Source: Gemmatimonadales bacterium | Lineage (GTDB): Bacteria > Gemmatimonadota > Gemmatimonadetes > Gemmatimonadales > GWC2-71-9 | Direction of reading: 5' to 3' | Assembly: GCA_965249575.1 (NCBI GenBank) | Contig: OZ252244.1 | Span: 928,001 to 992,000 of the forward strand | DNA: 64,000 bases | Shown: one piece after another, positions 11,091-22,570 of the stretch | Position numbering within the stretch: the first letter of the stretch is position 1 | How the letters are laid out: every line of letters starts with the position of its first letter | The notes under the pieces: model-generated | Seen by the model: only the letters and a program-made list of their open reading frames with translations | What the model was told of the DNA's origin: nothing | Databases searched by the model: none | Made by a program: the position numbers and the translations under genes

Positions 11091-14000
11091 ATGCTGGACA
11101 CCGTCATTCGGTGGTCGCTGGACAACCGCGTCCTCGCGCTCGCGGCAGCCGGCCTCCTGCTCGGCAGTGGGGTCTACACCGCCGCCACCCTCCCGGTGGA
11201 CGTGTTCCCAGACCTCACGGCCCCCACGGTCACCGTCCTCACCGAGGCGCACGGGATGGCCCCGGAGGAAGTCGAGACGCTGGTCACATTTCGCGTGGAG
11301 ACGGCCGTCAACGGTGCGTCGGGCGTGCGGCGCGTGCGATCGTCATCCGCACAGGGTATCAGCATCGTCTGGGTCGAGTTCGACTGGGGCGCCGACATCT
11401 TTCGCGCGCGGCAGATCGTGAGCGAGAAGCTCCAGCTCGTGGCCCGGCAGCTTCCGCCCGGCGTCGATCCCCCACTCATGGCACCGGTGACCTCCATCAT
11501 GGGCGAGATCCTCCTCATCGGGATGACGAGCCCGCAGCACGACGCGATGGAGATCCGCACCGCTGCCGACTGGGTGGTGCGTCCCCGGTTACTTGCGATT
11601 CCGGGCGTTGCGCAGGTGGTTCCCATCGGCGGCGACGTGCGGCAGTACCAGGTGCTGGTGGACCCCTTCCGGCTTGCGGCCCACGGCGTGAGCCTGGGCG
11701 ACGTGGTGCGCACAGCGTCAGCGGCCAGCGCGGTGGCGTCGGGCGGCGTGTATCAGGTTGAGGGTCAAGAGGTCTTGATCCGTGGAATTGGGCGCGTGCG
11801 TACTTCGGACGACTTGGGAGCCACAGTCGTCACCACCCGCGGGGCGGCCATCGTCCGCCTCCGAGACGTCGCGGATGTGCGCGTGGGCCCAAAGCCCAAG
11901 ATCGGGACCGCGTCCGTCCGCGCGGAGCCGGCGGTCGTTCTCTCGGTGCAGAAGCAACCCGCCGCCAACACCCTCGCTCTCACTGCCGCCATCGACGACG
12001 CGATGGACGAGTTGTCGAGCGGCGCACTTCCCGAGGGCATCGCGATCGATCGGGCGATCTTCCGTCAGGCGGATTTCATCGCGCTCGCCGTGGACAACGT
12101 GATCGCCGCGCTCCGGGACGGGGCGGTCCTCGTGGTACTGGTCTTGTTCGCCTTCCTGTGGAACGTCCGAACCACCGGCATCTCCGTACTGGCCATCCCG
12201 CTCTCCCTTTCCGCTGCGGTCCTCGCCCTGAAGGCCTTCGGTATCACGATCAACACAATGACCCTAGGCGGCATGGCCATCGCCGTCGGCGCCCTGGTGG
12301 ACGACGCGATCATCGACGTGGAGAACATTTTCCGCCGGCTCAAGGAGTCACGACACTCGGCCGCGCCCCGACGACGCGCGGTCGCCGTCGTCTATGACGC
12401 CGCGCGAGAGGTCCGCGCGCCGATCGTCAACGCAACGCTCATCATCGTGGTCGTATTCGTTCCCCTCTTCTTTCTCTCGGGCGTCGAGGGGCGAATGCTC
12501 CGGCCCCTGGGCTTTGCCTACATCGTGAGCATTCTGGCATCGCTCGGAGTGGCCGTGACGGTCACGCCGGTTCTGAGCTACTACCTCTTGCCCGGGGCGC
12601 CGGCCGTTGTTCGGGAGCGGGACAGCTGGCTCGTCGAGCACCTGAGAGCGGGATACGGAAGAATGCTGGAGTCGGTGCTGGAGCGGCCGCGTCCGGTGCT
12701 GGCCGCCGCCCTGGTTCTGGTCCTGTTGACGGTAGCACTGTTCCCACGGCTCGGACGGGGCTTTTTGCCCGAGTTCCAGGAGGGAACGCTCACCGTTTCA
12801 GCCGTGACGGCACCCGGAACCGGCCTCGCCGAGTCGGACCGGATGGGTATGCTGATCGAGGAAAAGATCCTGGCGCATCCTGCGGTAGTCTCAACCGCGC
12901 GTCGCACCGGACGCGCCGAGCTGGACGAGCATGCCCAGGGCGTCAACGCCGCGGAGATCGACGTCGGGCTCGACATCGAGCTGGGCCAGCAGCCGGTGGT
13001 CGCCGAGGATCTGCGGCGCACGCTCTCCCTCGTGCCTGGCACGAACGTCACGATCGGCCAGCCCATCGGGCATCGCATCGACCATATGCTGTCCGGCACC
13101 CGCGCGGCCATCGCCGTCAAGATCTTCGGGCCCGATCTCCACGAGCTTCGGCGCCTAGCGGAGCAAGTCCGCGCTTCGATGGAGCCCGTCGAGGGGGTGG
13201 TAGACCTGGCCGTCGAACAACAAGCGGATGTGCCGCAGCTTCAAATACTGTTGAACCGCGCCTCCCTCGCGGGTTACGGTGTGACGCCCGGCACCGTCGC
13301 AGAGGCCGTGGACATCGCTTTGAACGGCGAGGTGGTTTCGCAGGTACACGAGGGGCAGCGCACGTTCGACCTGGTAGTCCGCCTCGATTCGGCGAGCCGG
13401 GTCGGGCCGTCGGCCATTCGACGGCTGCCGGTGGACGTGCCCAGCGGCACCAGGGTGCCACTCGAGCTGCTCGCGGACATTCGAGAGGACAGGGGCCCGA
13501 ACACCGTCAGCCGTGAAAACGTCCAACGACTGATCGTGGTGCAGGCAAACGTGGCCGGACGGGACGTGGGCAGCACGGTGAGCGAGATCCGCGAGCGAGT
13601 GGGCAAGGACGTACAGATGCCCACAGGGTACCTCGTCGATTACGGGGGGCAGTTCGAGAGCGGTGAGCGCGCCACCCGCACCATCGCCCTGCTCTCGATC
13701 CTGTCGGTGGGCGCGGTGTTCTTGATACTGCTCAAAGAGTTCGGCAGCGCGAGGAGCGCGTCACTCGTCATGGTGAACCTACCGCTTGCCCTGGTAGGCG
13801 GGCTTGCCGCTGCTTGGCTGGCCGGGGGCGTGCTCAACGTCGCAACGCTCGTGGGCTTCGTGACGCTCTTCGGCATCGCGGTCAGGAACGGCATCTTGTT
13901 GGTCAGCCACTACCACCACTTGCTCGACGAGGGACTCGGGATTCGAGAGGCGGTGACCCGCGGATCGCTCGAACGGCTCAACCCGATTCTCATGACCGCG

Positions 14001-14195
14001 CTGACAGCGGCGCTAGCGCTCATCCCCCTTGCCCTGGGTGGGGGCGAGCCGGGCAAGGAGATCCAGGCGCCCATGGCAGTGGTCGTGCTCGGTGGGTTGT
14101 TGAGCTCTACCGCACTCAACATGGTAGTCGTGCCGGTGCTGTTCTTACGGTACGGCCAGGTCAGAGCCCAACGTGCGGGCGTCGACGGACAGTGA
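11091..14195 (+). CDS. czcA: Heavy-metal efflux RND permease (CzcA/CusA family)
   Basis: LPVDVFPDL, MAPEEVETLVT, LGGMAIAVGALVDDAIIDVEN, RLNPILMTAL. Confidence 0.9.
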   Translation: MLDTVIRWSLDNRVLALAAAGLLLGSGVYTAATLPVDVFPDLTAPTVTVLTEAHGMAPEEVETLVTFRVETAVNGASGVRRVRSSSAQGISIVWVEFDWGADIFRARQIVSEKLQLVARQLPPGVDPPLMAPVTSIMGEILLIGMTSPQHDAMEIRTAADWVVRPRLLAIPGVAQVVPIGGDVRQYQVLVDPFRLAAHGVSLGDVVRTASAASAVASGGVYQVEGQEVLIRGIGRVRTSDDLGATVVTTRGAAIVRLRDVADVRVGPKPKIGTASVRAEPAVVLSVQKQPAANTLALTAAIDDAMDELSSGALPEGIAIDRAIFRQADFIALAVDNVIAALRDGAVLVVLVLFAFLWNVRTTGISVLAIPLSLSAAVLALKAFGITINTMTLGGMAIAVGALVDDAIIDVENIFRRLKESRHSAAPRRRAVAVVYDAAREVRAPIVNATLIIVVVFVPLFFLSGVEGRMLRPLGFAYIVSILASLGVAVTVTPVLSYYLLPGAPAVVRERDSWLVEHLRAGYGRMLESVLERPRPVLAAALVLVLLTVALFPRLGRGFLPEFQEGTLTVSAVTAPGTGLAESDRMGMLIEEKILAHPAVVSTARRTGRAELDEHAQGVNAAEIDVGLDIELGQQPVVAEDLRRTLSLVPGTNVTIGQPIGHRIDHMLSGTRAAIAVKIFGPDLHELRRLAEQVRASMEPVEGVVDLAVEQQADVPQLQILLNRASLAGYGVTPGTVAEAVDIALNGEVVSQVHEGQRTFDLVVRLDSASRVGPSAIRRLPVDVPSGTRVPLELLADIREDRGPNTVSRENVQRLIVVQANVAGRDVGSTVSEIRERVGKDVQMPTGYLVDYGGQFESGERATRTIALLSILSVGAVFLILLKEFGSARSASLVMVNLPLALVGGLAAAWLAGGVLNVATLVGFVTLFGIAVRNGILLVSHYHHLLDEGLGIREAVTRGSLERLNPILMTALTAALALIPLALGGGEPGKEIQAPMAVVVLGGLLSSTALNMVVVPVLFLRYGQVRAQRAGVDGQ

Positions 14196-14242
14196 GCTGG
14201 ACGCGATACAGCCAACCATCTACGACAGCCGATCGCACGAGC

Positions 14243-15619
14243 TCAACTCACGGGTGGGGCTCCGTCGGGTCCGTTGTCCCAGTCCTGCGCGCTCGAGGAA
14301 TTGGGCATTCCCCAGTCGTGCCCGTTCCACTTGTCGAACCCGTCCATCCGGAACGCCCAGAACCCGCTGTAGTCATCCGCAACGACGATGAGACCGTCGG
14401 CGTTGCGGACGTCGAGGCCGTAGGCACCCAGCGCGACCCCGCCGGGCTCATGCGGCATGCGGTAGTTGTACGTGTCGTAGTAGCCGATCTCAACCGGATC
14501 GTGCGGAAAGCGGATGTCGAGGATGCGCAGGCCCTGCTGGTAGTCCGCGACAAAGGCGTAGGGCCAGCGGATTTCGATCATGTGGCCGCTCTTCCGCGAA
14601 TCGGCGGTCCACTGGCCGATCGGCTGCTTGATCACCGGGGTCTCACCGTCGAGCGCGGGCTTCAGATCCCAGAACCGAATCGGCTGGTGCGCCGGCGACG
14701 TCATGATCGTCATCGCGTACCGGCCGTCCGGCGTCGGCACGAAGGTATGTCCTCCCGACTGCATGGACGGCTGGGCGATCACCGTTGCCAGGAGCTTAGG
14801 GTTCTCGATGTCGGTGATGTCGTACACGAAGTTCCCGCCCAAGAAGGCCGTCTCGGGGCCGCCGCCGTAGAACCTGTCCTGCCGCGTGGCCGGATCGTAC
14901 GCCACGTACGCGTCGTGGTACCCCAGGGCCACGAAGCGCCCATACCCGCTTGCGTCCCCCCTCGGCCCGGGGAGTGGGACGCCCCCCACGAAGCCCTGGT
15001 CCCGATCGCCAGCCAGAAACCTCTCCATGTCGTACACGTGCGCCCCGAGCCGGTAGTCGGCTGGGGCCTGAACGTTGTTGAATAGGAAGGTGCGGCCCGT
15101 GGAGTGCTTGTACAGAAACAGGTTGTGCGCGCCACCGGGCGCCTGGGGTACGCGGATCCTTCCGACCTCTCTGACGGTGCTCGTGTCGGGGAGCCCCGTC
15201 ACGTCGAACACGATCGTCGAGAGGTCACGGTTCGGCGACCAGGGTCGGAGCTGCACCGCCTGCACGTAGTAGTACCGATCGTTCAGCTTGAAGTACTTCC
15301 CGTTCACCCCGCGGCCGTCGTGCAACTCCGGATCTTCGATCGCCCAGGAGTAGATGCGTTCCGCCCGTTCGGGGTTCCTGAGGCTAATCACGTCGAATCC
15401 GATCGGATCGGGCCCGCGGGAGACGTACGCATACGGCCGCGACATTTCCTGCTCGACCTCGATGTCGGAGACTTTCATGACACCGGCCAGCGGTATGTGA
15501 GCGACGAGCTTCACGTTCGGACTGGAGTTGTACCCGGCGGCATGCTGACCTAGCACCGGCGACGCCATAGCGGTGGCGAGCAACGCCACGAGTGGCAACG
15601 AGCGCCGTTTGGACACCAT
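14243..15619 (-). CDS. Secreted LVIVD-like beta-propeller protein, paralogue 1
   Basis: Signal peptide; repeated 'YDITD..NP' and 'GLRILDIRFP.DPVEIGYYDT' blades; close paralogue of three other genes in the window. Confidence 0.75.
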   Translation of the reverse strand: MVSKRRSLPLVALLATAMASPVLGQHAAGYNSSPNVKLVAHIPLAGVMKVSDIEVEQEMSRPYAYVSRGPDPIGFDVISLRNPERAERIYSWAIEDPELHDGRGVNGKYFKLNDRYYYVQAVQLRPWSPNRDLSTIVFDVTGLPDTSTVREVGRIRVPQAPGGAHNLFLYKHSTGRTFLFNNVQAPADYRLGAHVYDMERFLAGDRDQGFVGGVPLPGPRGDASGYGRFVALGYHDAYVAYDPATRQDRFYGGGPETAFLGGNFVYDITDIENPKLLATVIAQPSMQSGGHTFVPTPDGRYAMTIMTSPAHQPIRFWDLKPALDGETPVIKQPIGQWTADSRKSGHMIEIRWPYAFVADYQQGLRILDIRFPHDPVEIGYYDTYNYRMPHEPGGVALGAYGLDVRNADGLIVVADDYSGFWAFRMDGFDKWNGHDWGMPNSSSAQDWDNGPDGAPPVS

Positions 15620-15696
15620 GACAACCTCTCGAGAGGAGGAGAAGGAAAGGGACGGACGGTGTGTTCCGAACACGGCACACCATCCGCCTCGCCGCG

Positions 15697-17049
15697 TCAG
15701 CTCACCGGTGGGGCCCCGTCCGGTCCGTTATCCCAGTCCTGCACGCTCGAGGAGTTGGGCATCCCCCAGTCGTGCCCGTTCCACCCGTTGAACTCGTCCA
15801 TCCGGAAGGCCCAAAACCCGCTGTAGTCGTCCGCGACCACAATGAGGCCGTCGGCGTTCCGCACGTCGAGGCCGTACGCTCCCAACGCGACGCCGCCACG
15901 CTCGTACGGCATCCGATAGTTGAACGTGTCGTAGAAGCCAATCTCCACCGGATCGTGCGGGAAGCGGATGTCGAGGACGCGCAGGCCCTGCTGATAGTCC
16001 GCCACGAAGGCGTACGGCCAGCGGACCTCGATCATATGACCGCTCTTTCGCGAATCGGCCGTCCACTGGCCGATGGGCCGCCTGATCACCGGCGTCTCGC
16101 CATCGAGCGCGGGCTTCAGATCCCAGAACCGAATCGGCTGGTGCGCCGGCGACGTCATGATCGTCATTCCATACCGGCCATCCGGCGTCGCAACGAATGT
16201 GTGTCCACCCGCCTGCATGGACGGCTGGGCGATAATCGAGGCCAGGAGCTTGGGGTTCCTGATGTCGGTGATGTCGTACACGAAGTTCCCGCCCAGGAAG
16301 CTCGTCTCGGGGCCGCCACCGTAAAACTTGTCCTGCCGCGTGGCCGGGTCGTACGCGACGTAGGCATCGTGATATCCGCGGGCCTGGCCCCGCGGCTCGG
16401 GCAGGGGCACTCCCCCGGCGAGGCCCTGATCTGGATCGCCGGCCAAGAACTTCTCCATGTCGTACGCGTGGGCTCCATAGGGGTAATCGGCCGGAGCCTC
16501 CACCGTGTTGAACAGCAGCGTGAGCCCGGTCGAGTGCTTGTATGGGAAGAGATTGTGTGCGCCGCCCAGCGCCTGGGGTACGCGGATTCTTCCAACCTCT
16601 CGGACCGTGCTCGTGTCCGGGAGCCCAGTCACGTCAAACACGATCGTCGACACGTCACGGTTCGGTGAGCCCGGTCGGATCTGGACGGCCTGCACGTAGT
16701 AGTACCGGTTGTTCAGCTTGAAGTACTTCCCGTTCACACCGCGACCGACGTGTAGTTCCGGATCCTCGATCGCCCACGAATAGATACGCTCCGACTGCTC
16801 GGGGTTCTTGAGGCTGACAATGTCAAATCCGATCGGGTCGGGCCCTCGGGAGACGTACGCATACGGCCGCGACAGCTCCTGCTCGACCTCGATGTCGGAA
16901 ACCTTCATGACGCCGGCAAGTGGCACGTGCGCGATGAGCCTCACGTTCGGACTGTAGTTCTGACCGGCAGCGTACTGGCTCAGTACCGGCGACGCCATGG
17001 TGGCAGCGAGCAAAGCCACGAGTGGCAACGAGCGCCGTATGGAAATCAT
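15697..17049 (-). CDS. Secreted LVIVD-like beta-propeller protein, paralogue 2
   Basis: Tandem duplicate of paralogue 1 with shared upstream CTCTCGAGAGGTTGTC-ATG context. Confidence 0.75.
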   Translation of the reverse strand: MISIRRSLPLVALLAATMASPVLSQYAAGQNYSPNVRLIAHVPLAGVMKVSDIEVEQELSRPYAYVSRGPDPIGFDIVSLKNPEQSERIYSWAIEDPELHVGRGVNGKYFKLNNRYYYVQAVQIRPGSPNRDVSTIVFDVTGLPDTSTVREVGRIRVPQALGGAHNLFPYKHSTGLTLLFNTVEAPADYPYGAHAYDMEKFLAGDPDQGLAGGVPLPEPRGQARGYHDAYVAYDPATRQDKFYGGGPETSFLGGNFVYDITDIRNPKLLASIIAQPSMQAGGHTFVATPDGRYGMTIMTSPAHQPIRFWDLKPALDGETPVIRRPIGQWTADSRKSGHMIEVRWPYAFVADYQQGLRVLDIRFPHDPVEIGFYDTFNYRMPYERGGVALGAYGLDVRNADGLIVVADDYSGFWAFRMDEFNGWNGHDWGMPNSSSVQDWDNGPDGAPPVS

Positions 17050-17165
17050 GACAACCTCTCGAGAGAAACGGGAGAGACGGAGACTACGGCCGTCTAGTCA
17101 CGCGGCCCGGTGATGATTACGAATCTGCTCCGGGCCGAGCCTCCGGGCAAGCGGGGGGGGATTAC

Positions 17166-17693
17166 TCAATAGCCCGCGCGATCCACCTCCTCCACTTTGG
17201 TGCGGCTGGGCATCATGAACAGCATGCCGTTCATCATCGCATACATCGGTTTCCATTTGAGCGGGATGTCCCCCGTCTCGAGATCGTACTTGAGGAGATC
17301 AAGGATCTCCGCCCAACCGGTGGCAGCGCCCTTGTGGTGCTTGACTTGATCGGCCGTCCAGCCCGAGTGGGTCACCGTGACCCGGCATCCATCGGCCGTT
17401 TCTACCAGGTCCCACGTGACCAGCGTGGGCTCACTAGAGTGTTGGAGAAACACGTAGGTATGCGCGAACCGCGTGGGAGGTGTCACTTCGACCACCTCGC
17501 CCACGATGAAGACGCGTTTCTTGTTCCGGCTGTAGTAGCGCAACCGCCCACCCGGTCGGAGGTCCGCCTCGAGGATCGTGTTGTACAGGGCACGCTGGAC
17601 GCGACCCGTCTTCGTGATCTCGTCCCACACGCGCCGGACCGGGACCGCGATGTCGATCGACACGACGTGGTCGGATAGCTTCGCTTCCGTCAT
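17166..17693 (-). CDS. SRPBCC/AHSA1 domain protein
   Basis: IDIAVPVRRVWDEIT, GEVVEVTPPTRF, VTVTHSGW, GWAEILDLLK. Confidence 0.85.
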   Translation of the reverse strand: MTEAKLSDHVVSIDIAVPVRRVWDEITKTGRVQRALYNTILEADLRPGGRLRYYSRNKKRVFIVGEVVEVTPPTRFAHTYVFLQHSSEPTLVTWDLVETADGCRVTVTHSGWTADQVKHHKGAATGWAEILDLLKYDLETGDIPLKWKPMYAMMNGMLFMMPSRTKVEEVDRAGY

Positions 17694-17708
17694 CCAACGA
17701 CTCCCGTG

Positions 17709-18071
17709 TTATGGGCCGCGCTTCCGGCGCCGTCGCGCCGGTCGCTCGGCCTCCAGCTCGAGCTTCAGGTCTACGAGCGACTCCGCCCAGTGCCGGTGAT
17801 ACCGTCTGACCCACCGGTCATAGATCTGCTGGATGGGCACCGAGTTCAGGTGATTCATCACGCGCCGCCCCTTCCTGCGCCGCACGACCAGCCGACCCTC
17901 CTCCAGGACGCTGAGGTGCTGCATGACGGCGAACCGTGACAGGTCCGGAAACCGGCTGGCCAGCGCCCCCGTATCGACCGGGCCATCGCGGAGGACGTCG
18001 AGCATTTCCCTTCTCAGCGGGTTGGCGAGGGCCCGCCAGACGGGATCCAGAGATGTTGACCCGGCTTGCAT
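17709..18071 (-). CDS. ArsR/SmtB family transcriptional regulator
   Basis: WRALANPLRREMLDVL, SRFAVMQHLSVLEEGRLV; usual pairing with SRPBCC. Confidence 0.9.
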   Translation of the reverse strand: MQAGSTSLDPVWRALANPLRREMLDVLRDGPVDTGALASRFPDLSRFAVMQHLSVLEEGRLVVRRRKGRRVMNHLNSVPIQQIYDRWVRRYHRHWAESLVDLKLELEAERPARRRRKRGP

Positions 18072-18093
18072 ATGTGATAATATTATCACATAT
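18070..18093. promoter_or_regulatory. Perfect 24-bp palindromic operator between divergent genes
   Basis: ATATGTGATAATATTATCACATAT is its own reverse complement; AT-rich in a GC-rich context. Confidence 0.85.
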
Positions 18094-18131
18094 TAGTTTC
18101 GCCGCAACTCCGACTTTGAAGGAGAACCGCC

Positions 18132-18503
18132 ATGGGTCGCAGCATGCTCGCCGTGGTTGCCGGAGCGGTGCTCTGGGCAGTCCTCTGGCTTGGATCCAAT
18201 TCCGCCCTCGCCGCCATGTTTCCCGAGATCGTGGTGGCGGATCAGTACCTCGGCCACGTGGGCATGCTCCTCACGTTCCTCGCGTTGAGCGTCGTCTTTT
18301 CAGTGCTGGCCGGCCTGGCAACTGGATTGATCGACCGCGGGCGGGCGGTAAGGCACGGCATTGCGCTCGGCGTGTTGCAGTTGGCGCTGGGAATCGGGTT
18401 CGAGATGTCCTACTGGCCACTGCTACCAGTTTGGTATCATCTGACATTTCTGGCACTGCTGCTGCCAGCGAACGTGTCCGGTGCGTGGCTCGTGCGGGCA
18501 TGA
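18132..18503 (+). CDS. Small 4-TM membrane protein
   Basis: AAGGAG RBS; hydrophobic; PVWYH motif near C-terminus. Confidence 0.8.
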   Translation: MGRSMLAVVAGAVLWAVLWLGSNSALAAMFPEIVVADQYLGHVGMLLTFLALSVVFSVLAGLATGLIDRGRAVRHGIALGVLQLALGIGFEMSYWPLLPVWYHLTFLALLLPANVSGAWLVRA

Positions 18504-18575
18504 TGAGGAGTGGTGCTTATCTGACGGCGACCCCACCCTTGGCAACACACCTGAAAACCCGTCTCTCGTCGATCC

Positions 18576-19329
18576 TTACGGGATCACCCAGCTTTGCCCG
18601 TCGATTACCCGATCGAATGCAAAGTGGTGATACAGCAGGTTGCCGGCCCCGTCGTAGCTCTCGGCTTCGGACCACGAGCCGATCTCTACGGTCGATCCGC
18701 GCGGAAGGAAGGCGCCGAGCGTCGTGATGGGGTAGCGCGCAAGGGCGTAGTCGAAGCCCGGCCCGCCTTCGCCCAGCTCGCCCTCGAGGTGACCGACGTG
18801 GTTGTGGATGTCGCCGTCGGGGAAATCCCAGTTGGTATACACCTGGTGGCGCTGGCCGTACTCGAAGCTCACCGCGAAGAAGATGTCCACGCCGGAGACT
18901 CCCTCCCCCGACCCGCCGGTTCCTTGGTCGCCGTCCGTGTTGAGGGCGATATTCATCCCCTGGTTCGTGATCCATTGCTCTTCGACTTCGCCGTTCGCCG
19001 GCACGTGAACGACGATCGACGGAACGATCCCCGCGTAGGTGACGCGCATGTAGAGGAAATCGCCGTCGATCCCCACAGCCACCTCGGTCACGTCCACCGG
19101 CGGATACGACACCGGCCCCGAGTAGGGCGGGCCTGCCATCGATGGTGGAAGTGCCTCTTGATCGCCCAGGCCGTCGGTGAAGACCGTTGAGCACCGCCGC
19201 CATGTCGGCTGGCCACGGGTCGCCGAAGGTCGTGACCTCGGGTCCAGTCTGTCCGGTACCGGCCGAGTCGCTGCAGCCGGTCAGCCCCAGGCTCGCGAGA
19301 CCCGTCATGATGGCAATGGCACGGAGCAT
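18576..19329 (-). pseudogene. Hypothetical lipoprotein, frameshifted near 19150-19180
   Basis: MLRAIAIMTGLASLGLTGC lipobox in one frame; globular body (GPPYSGPVSYPPVDV...) in ORF 18576..19139. Confidence 0.55.
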
Positions 19330-19482
19330 CGGTGCGCCCCCACGGATTAGATGAGAAGGTCGTCCGTGGAGGGAGTATCGACCGCAATCAGTAGAATTTG
19401 AGCGACTGCAAGCGAGCCCTACCACCTCACGGATAGGGGTGGCATCTTCTGACGGGCAACCCGCGTAGGAGCGTTTTGACAC

Positions 19483-22096
19483 GTGGCTGACATTCTCGAG
19501 CGCCTGAAAGCCGCTGTCGCGGATCGGTACGCCATCGAGCGCGAGATCGGGAGTGGCGGGATGGCGACCGTCTACCTGGCCGAAGATCTCAGGCACCACC
19601 GAAACGTCGCGATCAAAGTTCTCAAGCCCGACCTCGCGGCGATGCTCGGAGCTGAGCGGTTCCTGCGCAAGATCGAGATCGCGGCACATCTCACCCATGC
19701 GCACATCCTCCCGCTATACGACTCGGGCGAAGCCGGCGGATTCCTTTACTACGTGATGCCCTACGTCGCAGGTGAGTCGCTCAGGGCAAGACTGGCGCGT
19801 GAGGGCGAGCTGCCGATTCCCGAGGCAGTTCGGATTCTACACAACGTCGTCGACGCGTTGGCATCGGCGCACAAGCAGGGTGTGGTGCATCGGGACATCA
19901 AGCCCGACAACGTGCTCCTCTCAGAGAAGCATGGCTATGTGACCGACTTCGGCGTGGCCAAGGCGGTGAGCGAAGCGACCGGCCGGCATCAACTGACCAC
20001 CGCGGGCGTGGCGCTCGGGACGCCGACCTACATGGCGCCGGAGCAGGGAGCCGCCGATCCGCACATCGATCATCGTGCGGACATCTATGCCGTCGAGATC
20101 CTGGCCTATGAGCTACTGACCGGACATCCGCCGTTCACCGGCACGACCGCGCAGGAGGTCCTGGTCGCGCACATGACCGAAGCGCCCAGACCGGTCACGA
20201 CGCATCGAGAGACGGTACCGCCCCCGCTGGCCGAGTTCGTGATGAAAAGCCTCGAGAAGAAACCGGCCGACCGCTGGCAGAGCGCCGAGGAGATGCTCAC
20301 GTGGCTCGAAGGGCTAGCGACGCCGACGGGTGGAGTGACCCCCACCGCGACGGCCCCGGTGGCGGTACGACAGCGACCCGCAACTAAACTCGCCGTCGCC
20401 ACTGGCGTCGTGGTCGCGGTTGCGGTCTTGGGGTTCCTCGGGTGGGCGTCGCTCAGGCGCAGCGGCCCCGCGATCACCTTCTCCAACACTCGGCAGATCA
20501 CACGCGCGCCGGAGATCGAATTCGAGCCGGCGATCTCGCCCGATGGCAAGGAGGTGGCCTACACTGCCGGCTTTGTTATCGAAATGCACATCTATGTCCG
20601 AGATCTCGCCGGAGGGCGACCGATCGCGCTCACGGCCGATCGCGCGGGATCGCGGCAGTTCCGTCCAACATGGACGCCCGACGGGAGTAGTATCGCGTTC
20701 ACTGAAGCAGGAGCCGGGCAGCACCTCGTCCCCCGCTTCGGTGGTGTCAGTCGGCGAGTCCCAGGCGGCATCTTCCACCAGGACCGGGTGGCATACCGAC
20801 GGCAGGATAGCCTGCTGATCAGTCCGGTGGCCGGCGGCGAGGCGGTCTTCGTAGCCCAGGTCCCGCTGGACGCCCATTCCATAGCATGGTCGCCGAACGG
20901 CGCGATGGTTGCCTACGTAGTGGGAAACCCTTTTTACGTGCAGCTCGGAAACCTCGGCAACATCGCGCCGAGCTCCATCTGGATTGCGGGGGTTGATGAC
21001 GGTGAGCTAATCGAGGTCGCCAATCAAGGCTCTCTCAACGTGAGTCCGGCATGGCTCCCAGATAGCCGCCAACTGCTCTTCGTGTCGAACCGGGGCGGGC
21101 CGCGCGACGTATATGTCGTGCGCGTCCGCGGTACCGGGCGTCCGGTGGGAGATCCAGTGCGAATTACAACGGGTCTCAATCCACATTCCATTTCACTCTC
21201 CTCTGACGGGACCGTTGCCGCTTACTCTCAGTTTGCTTTCCGGCGCAACGTGTGGGCGGTTGAGCTGCCATCCTCGGGCAACGTGTCTCTCTCACAAGCC
21301 CGTCCGTTGACCACGGGAAACCAGACCGTGGAGGCGCACGACGTTTCGCCTGACGGGGAGTGGCTCGCCTTCGACTCGAACCTGCACGGGACGCAAGACA
21401 TCTACATGATGCCGACTGCCGGCGGAGAGCCGCGACGTGTGACGACGGATCCGGGCGACGATTTCCATCCGAGTTTCTCGCCGAGCGGACGGGAGATGGT
21501 GTTCCACTCGACGCGCCATGGCACCCGGGACGTGTTCCTCATCGGGACCGACGGCACCGGTGAAGTACGGCTCACCGACAGTCCCGGCGACGAAATGAAC
21601 CCCGAGTTTTCGCCCGACGGTCACCACATCGCTTTTCGCGCGTTGGGGAGCGCCATCTCCTTGATGACCCGCGACTCACCGAGTGGGCAGTGGAGCCAAC
21701 CCCAGCCAATCGTCCCGGTTAACTCCAACTTCAGCTGGTCGCCAGACAGCCGGTATCTGACCTATAGGACTAGGTCCGGGCAGGCGTTGGAGGTCGCCTC
21801 ACTCGACGGCAAACGAAGGGTCCTCGTCGAGGGGGGGGACCGCCGATCTTGAAGCCATGACGCAGCCCACGTGGTCCGGGGACGGCCAGTCGATCTACTT
21901 CCGCGCATCCACGGCGGATGGCGCTCGCAATCTCTATGCGGTGAGCCCCGCCGGTGGACAGCCCCGGCTGGCGGTCCGCTTCGACGACCCGACGAAGGTC
22001 CCCTCCTTTACCATCTCGTCCTTTCGAGAGACCCTCTACGTGTCCGTCACGGAATACGAGAGCGACATCTACGTAATGGATTTGGAGATCAGGTAG
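19483..22096 (+). CDS. Ser/Thr protein kinase with TM and TolB-like (PD40) propeller; C-terminus shifted into 21857..22096
   Basis: GSGGMATVY, VAIKVL, HRDIKPDN, DFG, YMAPE; repeated SPDG; frame break at the G-run near 21831-21838. Confidence 0.9.
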
Positions 22097-22570
22097 GCGG
22101 GGAAGGCAGGTGTCAGGGACAAAACAGGTGTCAGGTTCCAGGGGTCAGGTGTCGGGGAGGGCAAGACCGGTCTCGGGTCTCAGGGACCCGTCCAGGTCAC
22201 GCGTAGTAGATCCCGACTGACAGCCGACGCCGGACACCTGACATCTCTCGCAACCCGGCAGGACTTGGGCCCACTGTCGACGCTCCGCTGACCATCTTCA
22301 CGACCGCGTCAACGCCGCAGGCGACCCGATCCATCGCGTCAGTGCAACGCAGTCCACGCGAACCCAACCCGCCCGTTCATGCGGAACTCGTGGTGAGGGG
22401 TTACATGAACAGCATGCCGTTCATCATCGCATACATCATCCGCGTTGCGCAGGTCGACGCCGAACGCCCCGTTGGTGATCGTCGCCGTCGGCCGTTAGGG
22501 TGGACGGGTGGCTCTGGAGAACCGACACCCGTACGTTTCAAGCCGTTAGGTAAAACGGGAGGATGTCAGC

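Noticed and set aside
14243..17049. Diversity-generating retroelement behind the paralogue repeats
   Set aside because: No reverse transcriptase, and the differences are not adenine-specific
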